Of a DNA stretch of 64,000 nt, positions 39,001 through 47,422 are shown piece after piece; the stretch's first letter is position 1, and each line of letters starts with the position of its first letter. Below the pieces are notes generated by a model that saw nothing but the letters and a program-made list of their open reading frames with translations, did no database searches and was not told the origin of the DNA. This stretch comes from a virus. The DNA lies in IMG/VR virus record IMGVR_UViG_3300029448_000009, positions 21,155-85,154 of that record, one strand, 5' to 3'. The position numbers and the translations under genes were made by a program.

Positions 39001-42000
39001 ACAACCAGCTTGCTGAGTCCCTCATAATTTCTTTTACAGATTTACCATCTATAGTTTTTGTTGATGTTAGCATAGCGTTTTTATCTGCAAATTCAAAACC
39101 AAATTCTTCAAATAATCTTAATACTGTTTCAGGGTTATTTAAAACTGCAGCTCTTACCGTGGATTTTTTATTTATGTTGCTTAAGCTAACATTTTTTATT
39201 ACTCCTAAATTTGGCTTATAATCTAAATTAATTTTTAATTGTCCTTCTTCTATATTTACTAAAAGCCTACCGTCTTTATCTTTTATATTAGAATTTTTTA
39301 AATTATTTTTCCAAGGAGTTATAATAATATTCTTTAATTGATTTGCATTAGGGTCGACACTATAAAAATTACCATTTGTATCTAATAAGAAAGAGTCAAA
39401 TGTATTTTTAGTTTTATTCATTTGCTGTGCAAACATGTTACTAAGTTTCATTTGATCAAATGAACTGTTTTCATCTAAGGAGCCCAATCGTTTAATAAGA
39501 GTGTTTAACCAAGGATGTTTAGCAGACAATCTTTTTAGCTCTTCTACTTGTTGTGTAGGATTTGATATACCAGCTAGCCTGTCTTGTACAAAGTTCATAG
39601 CATAATTTGAATCTACAATTCCTTCTACTCCCGTAACTGTGGTTTTACTAAAATTAGGAAGAGTACCTAATAAAAGTTTAATGTATGGATGTGCATTGCC
39701 TGCAGCTGAAAACTGCATAGATTCTAATATATTAAATGGATCGCTTTTCCCATCTTTTAAGTTTTCTTCTTTTTCTACCTTTAATGATGTATCAATTCCT
39801 AATGATAATAAAAATTGTCTATGTACTTCTTGGAAAGATTTAATATTACCATCTCTTACATTTTTAATTCTACCCCCATTTAAAAACAATCTAGACTTAG
39901 CAGCTTGCTGTGCCATTGTTTCGTATGCTTTTACCTTTTTTGGATCTGTTGTTTTCTTAGCTAGATTTGTAGCAGCAACAATTTTAGCTCCAAGTTCATT
40001 ATATAAAGTACTAAATGCAGTTTTATATGCTCTAACCAGTCTTTTATTGTATTCTTCAGATCTATTTTTATCTGACAACATTTCTAAATCAGACAAGTTT
40101 AATCCACGTACAGGGTCATCAAAAAGAACATTACCAAAGTGTCTACTAAATGAGCTCATCATATCAGCAGAAAATCTAGAACTTTCTGGACTGTTATTGT
40201 TTTTTAAAAGAGCCATATTAATTTCTTGTACTTTCCCAATATTATTAGGCATAGTAGCATTAGCAAATCCTCCTGCTTTTATTTTATTAAAAATAGTTGC
40301 AACAGTTGCCATCTTTGAATCAGGTTGTAGACGAGTGTCTAACCCAAACATTGCTCTAAAAAAGTTTCTTAGTCGGTCAAATAACCTTGAGAAAAATCCT
40401 TTAGGTTGGCTGTATGTGTCTTTTTTGTATGTTCCATCACTTAGTACCCATTTTCTAAATTCTTCTGCTAAATACTCTTCTGCTTGCTTATCTGTTGCCT
40501 TAGAGAAAGAAACAAGATTACCTTTATAATCTGTAAAAGTTCCTTTTTTAGCTCGCACTTCATTGTACATTTGATCTCTTGTAGGCTGATTAAGTAAGAA
40601 ATAAGATACCTGGTGAAACCCTTCGTGATAAGTAGTACCCCCAATAGCTAGTTCAGATATTACAGTTTTACCAAAACCTTTTACTTGTCCTATAACAAAT
40701 GGAGTTTTACTTTCTATGTAATCCGATACAAATTCAAATTTATTCCACGGTAACATTTTTTTAATTGTATCTAACTCTTCTTTAGTTATACCTTGCGTTT
40801 CAGATACTACACTATTAATATTACTGTCATTTTGATTCATTTGGTTGATGACCATGTTTATCTCTTCATCATCAAACAAATCATCTTGGTTGTCATTTAC
40901 ATTATCTATTTCATTTTGTACATCATCTGACTCTAAAGGTTTAGATAACACATCTGAAACTGTTTGATCTGTTTCTGCCTGAGATTCATCTATAACTGGA
41001 ATGCTTCCTAAATCTTGTACAGGCCCTTCTATAGCGTCTTCTGCCATTTGTATAGAATCATCAATTTCTTTTTGTTGTTGATCTATAACGTCTTCTACTT
41101 CTTTTTGGTTTTCTTCAACCTGTTGTGGCGTTGTTCCTTCAACTACAGCTTCTAAATTCTTTTCATCTCTTTTATTAAACTTATTAAATGCAAAGTCACT
41201 AAATCCATTAGCCCTAGAAGTAGTTTTATACTCTTCTAAATATTCCAGTAGTGTATCTAAATACTCTTGATCTGAAACAGGAGGTGTTTTTCCTTGATAT
41301 AAATTAAAATCATAATCTAAATTTATAGCATATTTAGAATCTACAGTTTGACTAAAGCCTTCTACCAGTTCTATTTCTATACCTCTACCTTCTTTAGCGG
41401 CATTTAATATTTGTTCATATTTTTGTATTTGATTTTTTTGTAAATCAGTATAGATTACATTTTCAGGAGCTTGTGGTTCTGCCTGTCCGTTATAAACTCT
41501 ACCTGCTTTTTTACCTCTTCCAGGCATATCAAATTTTAAATATCTAAAATTATATTGTGGTGTAACATAACTTAGATTATTCATCAAAGGTAAATTTGTT
41601 TGTAAAGGAGGTTCAAATGCAGCATCTTCTCTAGCTTCTAATAAATATTGTTCGTAATTATCCCATTTATACTGCACACTGTCATCTAATTCAAAAGTAT
41701 TTACTCCAGTTTCTTTATAAAAAGGCATGTAAAAAGGCGTAGTAGATGATGCTTTGCCTTTTTTGTTTTTTAAACTGGTCATATTAACATTAATCAGTTT
41801 ATTTTGTAAAAACTCATTAAACTTAGATGTATTATTATCTAGTATATCTTGATAGCTGATAAATTGATCTCCTATTTGGTATCCTTTACCTGTATCATAA
41901 AAATCTACCCTGGTTGATTGATCTTCCGCTAGCTGGTTTTCTGTTCCCGTACCATAGTAAACCATGTCTTTTAACATCTTAAAGACAAATAAATTTTTAC

Positions 42001-45000
42001 CATCTACTTCTAATATAGCTGCTTCTTGTCTTAATTGTTTTTCAGACTTCTTAGCATTTGCAGGGTCTTGTTTAAGAGCTTCATACCTAATTTGTACCAT
42101 ACGTAACAAATTAATAATGTTTTGTGACTCTTTAGCATTTATTTTTCTATGGTGTAAAGGCGCTAAGTTTCCTGAAGAGGTTACTGTAAAAGCCATACCT
42201 GCAAACGGTACTCTATATGTTATCCCATTCATTGTTATCTCAGAGTATACTTTATCCCCGTCTTCTAAATTTTTAGTTGTAAGATCTATAACAACATCTT
42301 TAGTTCCTTTTTTACCTCTAGACCCTATAACTCTACCTTTAATAGGAGCTAATCTTTTACTGCCGTCTTCTTTTGTATTTATTACATTAGGAAGACCTGC
42401 GCTTAATCCTGTTATACTTAATAGTTTAGGAGTGCTAGAGTTTAATATACTATTTCTATCAGCTTGATATTCATTAACTGCATTTTCTACATTTATTCCT
42501 GCCTCATTTGTAAACCTATCTTTACCCTTTCTGTTTTTTAAAGTAGATCCCATCATAGATGTGTATACAATATAAGAAGGTTCTCCTTGTTTAGGTTTAT
42601 TTCCTTTTGCATTTACTCTTATAGGCTTACCTGTTTTATCAGTTAAAACTAATTTGATGTCTGTTGTATTAGGATCAGTATGACTGCTATCCATATACTT
42701 TTTCTGATCGTAATTAAAAAATACTCCTTTTAAGTCATTAGCTAAATCTGCAGGTATGTTATTACTATGCACAGCCATTAACTTAGTTTTTGACATAGGA
42801 ATAAACTTAGACGTAGCTTGGAACCAAATAAGTTGATCTCTAGATGCTTTCCATTTATTTTGCTCATCAAGAGATAGCCCCTCTCTCATAGTAGCTTCTT
42901 GATTTTCATTTAAAATAATATCCCCATTACCATCTACTATAGATAACTCTGTTAAATTATCTATTGCTGTTTTCATGTCACCAGCCGTTTTATAATAACC
43001 AGGACTAGAAATATCAGGTTTAAATAAAAATGGATTATTTTTTGACATGTCATCTGCTTGCATGTTATAGTTTCTACCTGGACCTTTTGGATTAGAAGGT
43101 TTATTTGCAGACGTGCTACTAGTACTTGTAGGAGAAATTACTTTAGCTTCTAGCGCTGCTAACTTAGCCAGGATTTCATCTACCGCATTCATATACTCTG
43201 CAGCATTAATTAGTAATTGTGCATTTTCTAATTGCTGATCTACATCTCCATCTTCTCTTTGTATTTGATATTCATTTAAAATACCATTAATCTCATCAAT
43301 TTCTTCATTGGTAGCTTTAAGATGTTGGTTTAATAATCTAGAATCAGAAAAAGCTTTTTCAGCCTTGTCTAACTTTTTAAAGAATTCTCCTATTTTTTCA
43401 AAAGAGTTTGGATTATTTTGTCTGTAAATTTTAAACTTTTGATAAGTTGGTAATCCTTCATAGTTTACTACACCCCCTCCTTGGTTTGGATAGTTTTGTT
43501 CGTCAAGCATGTCTTGTTGCATGCCTCGTAATTTAACCCCATCTAGATTGTAATTCTTTTGTCCTGTTCCTGTAAGAATTTGTAACTCTACTCTTAATGC
43601 GTCTCCTATAAATTCATAGCCTTCTGGAATCTGTCCAGTTTCTTTCATTTGACGCTCTTTGTTTTCTATCCCCTGAACAAAAGCTTCTATGTCTTGAATA
43701 GTTTCTTTGTATAAATCATTAAAATTATTTGCTTTACTGTCTTTTAATCCTGAGCTTTTAATCTCTTTCATACGATCAAAAATCATTTTTTCTAAAACAT
43801 TTTTATGATCTTGTAACTCGCCAAGCTTTAAATTTAAAGTCTTTATGTTTTCATTTGTAACTGATGCATACTCATCAATAGAAGTTTTTAATTCTTGAGC
43901 AATAGCTGAAGCCGCATCTCTATCTTCTCTTGTAGTAATTTCAGGTAAAGAAGTTATATTTTGAGCTTCTTCTAATAATATTTGCTGTTCAACCTGTAAC
44001 CCTGCTATTTGTTCATTTCTAATATCACTTTCTTCTTCTTGTTGTAATATTCCTACCTGTTCTTCTAATCTAGTTATTTCATATTCAATTTCACTAAGAC
44101 GTTCTATTCTATCAGAGCTTTCAATAGGCACACCTAATTCTAAAGCTTTTAAAATTAACATTTGATTTTCTCCTTTATACTGTTGTATTATATCAGAATC
44201 AAATTGTTTTGTTCTTGGATTATAATGAACCATTACTAACTCAGTTAAGTAATCTATCTGGTCAGTTATTCCTTGTTGTTCATTTTTAAGTTCTTCTATA
44301 AGATTCTCTCCAGTTTCTATCTGGTCCATAATCTTATCATGAGCTTCTTTAACTTCTTTTATTTCAACGTTTTCTCCTTCTTTAGGAAGTTTCCCTATAA
44401 GTTCTAAAATTTCATTTTCTAGTTCTGCAATATCTTGTGCTAACTTTTCTACTCTTTTTCCTTTTTCTCCTTTTAATTCATCTATAGCTGCTAAAAGTTT
44501 TTTAGCTTTAGCTTGTGAATCAGTAACTATGTTTTCATCTCTACCTCCTAAGTTTTTTAAAATAGAAGAATCTACTACATTTTCTGTTCCTTCTTCTAAT
44601 AAGTTACCACTAGAGTCAAATCTATACCATTTATCTCCAACTCTAAATTTAGCTTTTGTACCAAACTCTTCAAATAATTTTCTAGCTTCTAAGTTTTCTA
44701 TATTATTTTTAGCTGTTTCACTCTCAACATCATCTACAAATTTTTCTATTTGATCGTATATATCTTGCATTGATTGTTTTGGGTTTAACCTAGCTCGGTT
44801 AAACTCTTTAATAAACTGCTCTCTTCTAGATCTTACATGTCTAATATCTTTAAACAATTGTATAACCTTTTCTTTTTTCATTTCTGCTTTAGGGTCGTCT
44901 TTTGAAAGAGTTGCTAATTGCTCGTTTAATCTTGCAATTAAAGCTTCTTCTTCTCTTGCGTCTAAAAATGGGGAAGCGCTTTGATCTCCTGATGCATCAC

Positions 45001-47410
45001 TTAAACCTAAAAATTGCTTAGTAGACTCTGCTTGTTTTTCTAAAAATGTTCTATATTGTTTTACATCAGTAACTCCAGGAGGTAATACTAATTCAGAATC
45101 TTTTTTGCTTAATAGATCCTGTACTTCTTTTAAATATTGTTTTGCACTTTCTTTACTAAAGTCTCCTACAGTAAATGTTTGTTCTTTACCATTTGCATCT
45201 ATGTATGTAATACTTCTTGCAGCTCCTTTATTTTTTGTATCTGTAGATTCATTAACTGTTCCTCCTGTTAACTCTGCAATTTGATTAATCATAGAAGCCT
45301 CTCGTTCAGACAATAAATCTATAGAAGCTAATCTATGAGCCATTCTTTCTCTTAACGCAGAAGCTTTTTCATCAGTCCATTTTTGATCATCTGTTAGTTT
45401 TAAAATACCATCTACATCTTTAAAAGCTTGTTGTACCTTAGTTGCTCTTCTAATAACAGAGTCGGCCATTTTATCTTTTCTAGCTTGTACTTCCGCTGAA
45501 TTTGCAAAATCACTTTCTTTATAACCAAAGTATTCTATAAATTCTGCATCAGACATTTCTCTAATTTGATTTGCTTCTGATGCTATATCTGCAAACTGGC
45601 CTGTCATTACCTTAGCTTTTACATAAGCAAAAAATTTATCATTTTGTACATTTTTATATTCAGCTATATTATCATCTGCTAAATGTTTGTCCATTAAAGA
45701 TTGTAATTCTTGTTGCTCTGTATAAAAATCTGAATAAGATTTTAAACTAGTTAATAAACTTTTTCCGTGTTTATTATAATAAGCTGCAGATAAATCTTGA
45801 AATTGTTCTTTCATTCTAACACCTTCTAATCTACTACCTGCTGCAGTCCAAGAACCGTTGTTAAATGCTTTTCCTGGCAATCCTAATGTACCTAACATTA
45901 ATCCTAACATAACTTCTGTTTGACCGTTAGGATCTTTAAATGTTTTAATATAACCTCTATTAATAGAATCTAATATATCAGCTGTACCTTCTTTACCTTG
46001 TATACCGTGCTTGGCTAATGTATATTCATACATGGTTTCAGACAACACTGATTGTCCACCCTCTTCTACAAACCCTTCATACATAGCAGGAAGAGCTACT
46101 GCTTTTACTCTAGAGCTTGCTTTACTTAATCTTAAAGCATTTTTTTCGCTTAAACCTAATACTTTGCCTACTCTACTTGTTCTATATGCAGCTGTTGCAG
46201 CACCGTCTGCTCCTATAACTGTAGGTCTAGCTCCAAGGCCTATTTTATTCATTGCGTTTTGATAACCTTGTTTTAAAGATGCTCCAGGACCGTATAGCCC
46301 TCCTATCATAATCATATTACTTACACCAACTAATGCTAGATTTCCTGCAAATACTACATTAGCTTGAGCTCTAGCTTTATTTTCTATATCAAGCTTTTCA
46401 TCCATTGTAAGATCTCTAGCCTTACCTTCTTTTTCTTCTATTTGTCTTAAGTAACTTTTAGTAAGAGTATCTTTCATGTGCTCATATGACTGTCTAGCTT
46501 CTACACCAGCTTCAAAACCAGCACCTGTAAGAATTTGTCTTCCTAATTTTGCTGTTTCCCAAAACCTATCAGATCTAATTGCTCCTTTAATAGCAGATGT
46601 TATTTTAGTAGCGTCTGCTGCTTTATCTAACATTTTACCTGCTTTACTGAAACCTTTTAAAACTCGTGTTGCTCTAGCTCCTAAACTTGCTGTATACAGT
46701 GCTTGTGCACTTGCTGCAGCCCCACCCGTACCAACAGTAGCAGCAGTTAATGCTAATTCTGTTAATGCAGCTCCTGCAACAAAACTTAACCCATTTGTAA
46801 ATTGATCTGACCAAAAATTAGCTGTTCCTAATTTTTGCCATACACTCATTTCTCTTTCATAGTTAGTGTAATAGTTAGGAAGCTTTTCATCCATCCACTC
46901 ATTAGCACTGTCTAAAGCGTTCATAATTTCATTATCCCATATTTTACTAGCGTCTAAATTTATTATAGAACTACCTAATCCATATACGGTTCCAACAACA
47001 CCCCCAATTACATTTGTACCAACTTTACCTATAGCTTTTGTTATACCATTTCCCCATTTATCAATTGTTTTTTGCCTTTGACCTCTGACCTCGTTCATGT
47101 CATAGGTATCTTCTAGTCTTAATGGTGCATAAGAATCTTCTTTTTTATCAAACACTCCTGTATTTCCTATAAATTGTACACTAGGATCTCGTTGATATAA
47201 AGATAATGGAATTCCTTGATAGGTAGCATCATACGTTCCCTCAGCAACAGGTGCATCTTCTAATTTTTGTTTCTCAGTTCTAGTGTCTTCTTCAGGTTCT
47301 TTTTCAGGTTCATTAGAAATTACAACGTCTGAATCAATATTGACATTGTTATTTTTTTCTTTTTCTAAATCTTGAGAAAATCCAAATTGTTGAGTTAGTT
47401 CTTGCGACAT
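33077..47410 (-). CDS. Virion-packaged DNA-dependent RNA polymerase polyprotein (crAss-like)
   Basis: 4777 aa. Catalytic GFRIPT...AGSDFDIDKL at about 36350-36490, DxxKR motif DLYKRTK, zincin HEGFH...EEYLAEEF at about 40460-40630, and N-terminal hydrophobic Gly/Ala-rich segments. Confidence 0.9.
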   Translation of the reverse strand: MSQELTQQFGFSQDLEKEKNNNVNIDSDVVISNEPEKEPEEDTRTEKQKLEDAPVAEGTYDATYQGIPLSLYQRDPSVQFIGNTGVFDKKEDSYAPLRLEDTYDMNEVRGQRQKTIDKWGNGITKAIGKVGTNVIGGVVGTVYGLGSSIINLDASKIWDNEIMNALDSANEWMDEKLPNYYTNYEREMSVWQKLGTANFWSDQFTNGLSFVAGAALTELALTAATVGTGGAAASAQALYTASLGARATRVLKGFSKAGKMLDKAADATKITSAIKGAIRSDRFWETAKLGRQILTGAGFEAGVEARQSYEHMKDTLTKSYLRQIEEKEGKARDLTMDEKLDIENKARAQANVVFAGNLALVGVSNMIMIGGLYGPGASLKQGYQNAMNKIGLGARPTVIGADGAATAAYRTSRVGKVLGLSEKNALRLSKASSRVKAVALPAMYEGFVEEGGQSVLSETMYEYTLAKHGIQGKEGTADILDSINRGYIKTFKDPNGQTEVMLGLMLGTLGLPGKAFNNGSWTAAGSRLEGVRMKEQFQDLSAAYYNKHGKSLLTSLKSYSDFYTEQQELQSLMDKHLADDNIAEYKNVQNDKFFAYVKAKVMTGQFADIASEANQIREMSDAEFIEYFGYKESDFANSAEVQARKDKMADSVIRRATKVQQAFKDVDGILKLTDDQKWTDEKASALRERMAHRLASIDLLSEREASMINQIAELTGGTVNESTDTKNKGAARSITYIDANGKEQTFTVGDFSKESAKQYLKEVQDLLSKKDSELVLPPGVTDVKQYRTFLEKQAESTKQFLGLSDASGDQSASPFLDAREEEALIARLNEQLATLSKDDPKAEMKKEKVIQLFKDIRHVRSRREQFIKEFNRARLNPKQSMQDIYDQIEKFVDDVESETAKNNIENLEARKLFEEFGTKAKFRVGDKWYRFDSSGNLLEEGTENVVDSSILKNLGGRDENIVTDSQAKAKKLLAAIDELKGEKGKRVEKLAQDIAELENEILELIGKLPKEGENVEIKEVKEAHDKIMDQIETGENLIEELKNEQQGITDQIDYLTELVMVHYNPRTKQFDSDIIQQYKGENQMLILKALELGVPIESSDRIERLSEIEYEITRLEEQVGILQQEEESDIRNEQIAGLQVEQQILLEEAQNITSLPEITTREDRDAASAIAQELKTSIDEYASVTNENIKTLNLKLGELQDHKNVLEKMIFDRMKEIKSSGLKDSKANNFNDLYKETIQDIEAFVQGIENKERQMKETGQIPEGYEFIGDALRVELQILTGTGQKNYNLDGVKLRGMQQDMLDEQNYPNQGGGVVNYEGLPTYQKFKIYRQNNPNSFEKIGEFFKKLDKAEKAFSDSRLLNQHLKATNEEIDEINGILNEYQIQREDGDVDQQLENAQLLINAAEYMNAVDEILAKLAALEAKVISPTSTSSTSANKPSNPKGPGRNYNMQADDMSKNNPFLFKPDISSPGYYKTAGDMKTAIDNLTELSIVDGNGDIILNENQEATMREGLSLDEQNKWKASRDQLIWFQATSKFIPMSKTKLMAVHSNNIPADLANDLKGVFFNYDQKKYMDSSHTDPNTTDIKLVLTDKTGKPIRVNAKGNKPKQGEPSYIVYTSMMGSTLKNRKGKDRFTNEAGINVENAVNEYQADRNSILNSSTPKLLSITGLSAGLPNVINTKEDGSKRLAPIKGRVIGSRGKKGTKDVVIDLTTKNLEDGDKVYSEITMNGITYRVPFAGMAFTVTSSGNLAPLHHRKINAKESQNIINLLRMVQIRYEALKQDPANAKKSEKQLRQEAAILEVDGKNLFVFKMLKDMVYYGTGTENQLAEDQSTRVDFYDTGKGYQIGDQFISYQDILDNNTSKFNEFLQNKLINVNMTSLKNKKGKASSTTPFYMPFYKETGVNTFELDDSVQYKWDNYEQYLLEAREDAAFEPPLQTNLPLMNNLSYVTPQYNFRYLKFDMPGRGKKAGRVYNGQAEPQAPENVIYTDLQKNQIQKYEQILNAAKEGRGIEIELVEGFSQTVDSKYAINLDYDFNLYQGKTPPVSDQEYLDTLLEYLEEYKTTSRANGFSDFAFNKFNKRDEKNLEAVVEGTTPQQVEENQKEVEDVIDQQQKEIDDSIQMAEDAIEGPVQDLGSIPVIDESQAETDQTVSDVLSKPLESDDVQNEIDNVNDNQDDLFDDEEINMVINQMNQNDSNINSVVSETQGITKEELDTIKKMLPWNKFEFVSDYIESKTPFVIGQVKGFGKTVISELAIGGTTYHEGFHQVSYFLLNQPTRDQMYNEVRAKKGTFTDYKGNLVSFSKATDKQAEEYLAEEFRKWVLSDGTYKKDTYSQPKGFFSRLFDRLRNFFRAMFGLDTRLQPDSKMATVATIFNKIKAGGFANATMPNNIGKVQEINMALLKNNNSPESSRFSADMMSSFSRHFGNVLFDDPVRGLNLSDLEMLSDKNRSEEYNKRLVRAYKTAFSTLYNELGAKIVAATNLAKKTTDPKKVKAYETMAQQAAKSRLFLNGGRIKNVRDGNIKSFQEVHRQFLLSLGIDTSLKVEKEENLKDGKSDPFNILESMQFSAAGNAHPYIKLLLGTLPNFSKTTVTGVEGIVDSNYAMNFVQDRLAGISNPTQQVEELKRLSAKHPWLNTLIKRLGSLDENSSFDQMKLSNMFAQQMNKTKNTFDSFLLDTNGNFYSVDPNANQLKNIIITPWKNNLKNSNIKDKDGRLLVNIEEGQLKINLDYKPNLGVIKNVSLSNINKKSTVRAAVLNNPETVLRLFEEFGFEFADKNAMLTSTKTIDGKSVKEIMRDSASWLLSELPKGNLGADLFAKETLDAQTRLGNLLKVEMLFNDKIVEPKHLNAEGKPVYGITLNNYMSMISNKLNKGTLLPHFQNNPYVANSAVLRALSENPNLKIDMHVIEGLRIDRAGDQGLHTSHLTYEDRAAVYINSVLNGVIPILRTADAKTEYGVRLPIEQFNDAIDAKGQLLGYFIDELNTAVQFRTKGVGKDIKDYKDKAGELRVFNHIVRSRLNLSEISDLDAALAGNIPVGQFIAKHENTLIRAIIQYLNDQSKKNKTLMLTNKIISKGKGNTFVNNGLDYQTISEILGSKNVSKTTLTDSQVNDIAHAFTLRTFIGNVEQLKLFFGDVAQYKDLYKRTKLASGTKKFPRTDELMNSWLNSNEVETSEDIKEEYGDHNKNYTGQANIMVYGDPVSESVYWREYAEYLGEDISNLYRNIEEADANAFANIHFYRELMMRIGDWTGKQENLFKKAMLGQELTREELTSFPTLKPQGFGPAISPLKQMVGLKLSLTPIFPQMTRINGKDTALKGLLKNMYETNTDMVMHPTAAKVGSRVSLDTGNAPAFYNENGGINSIDPDLHTVIDLSYFGIQVDINKEFKGKVTLGTQSRTHILANLYEGGMPVDYEGDTKTWAGLTEEQKKSKSEVHKNASDYLDAVNEITRRSRENLLKRFNLEQTTKNGETSYKLKDGNMQKFADMIRDEIAKRNYPENVAAGIESLLNQPDGDKKVFDLIVNKNRIENLLFSLISNNTITQKVTGENAVQVSSLGSETAIGKEQVVRVVKEGKLQSSGATGLKFYRKKDRRNKDSETLGMEVYLPHYFKELLGKNLEIRQDGIYNERGKKIGDSNLLELIGFRIPTDGLHSIDFMTIKGFLPAEAGAQIMVPSELVVKAGSDFDIDKLTLYLPSYTVKDGMITKREFINADTNTKEGMAVYYNAVYGPFNNFWSKLNKDLIVAQEQELGSTEAAVNNLLMAIFRENPNIAGDKLYDYSDAEIEVLFSRFRKLASNPDKDRADRVEDVIKEFNKLKKKANKIPSLDEFFAENKGKNPTELNHIGAVQNRMIDLKTKILSNSRSYNQLLNPIGTRVILDIRDELGIKERDVTYADLISYPHIFNITKDFQSGKNGLGIAATNATHIVKSQQAGLYLRPNTEIDGVKKFSKLGINLEGFGGLTGNPIRLDRIYDVNGEHRITEIASELLNVFADASEDPIVADLNLVPEVGNALMFLLRSGVPVRNAVFLINQPIVKDYIKALNVNKSKIQMVKNSPMSKKVILNAVLNLYSPNKPQTNRQDKLFNAEQLKEMSQKTKTELVKENLAQDQQQILEDFVLYDAIGGQLTALTLATSFDTKQPKGRNHARLILEQYDQVKADNTFGNIDNLILRTHLNEFYLTHEAASKQFNSMFLTDRAGPRAVGQLDAIFEIFSNNKLPLSDANRLAVMNEAENELVIAALLSHKFDGVKLGDKAEQLFLGENTAAKRVAQLQKEYPNNSFVQSLLPSIEKVRTGPLRGTDNIKVYTRVLNNYEANLMRDSFLELPEADQNMLVDHAILQSGMSLTNMSYLHLLPTEKFTERAVQIVNKLKPGSTDVINFFDNFFRNNWHNSRIVPRLPRSKYTIQSKNIFPKIKSADPTSGFPYVSVITDAVETQEAEELKAKGLPVPKTTLLFKKSLNQNSKSDYASYEIVDKLGNGLNLKEYPTDPNEKSILDKNNLRYTQTQDVFSKQIISPIGTTFSKFELAQIAKGAVKNISVPAGSFKSGKVYVLPDNTKIHLKLVDEIQYKGLDSAEELDNFARNEGYDSWDKLLPKIKSGKNKIPSSWLDSSKNQKLSVYEVVGVDAKENINAEEDYKKVVNIQHVRPEIYEGEDGAAIVEEQLRKDIQQQIKNGKRSFQTKLLPGTGEMAVNILMQEQTRLNNINQSLSIKVGVPGSKLLNDLTSEEKMRLGILRRQLRKRRNVTIVGTTAINPIANTLKINPKEIAERIAIEKKTTCK

Positions 47411-47422
47411 ATGTTTTTAGTT

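Noticed and set aside
39639-46805. Plus-strand ORFs such as 39639-40529, 41964-42467 and 46476-46805
   Set aside because: They are antisense shadows of the RNAP gene with Leu/Ser/Phe-biased composition. The same applies to 656-919, 7433-7921, 50758-51141 and other nested ORFs.
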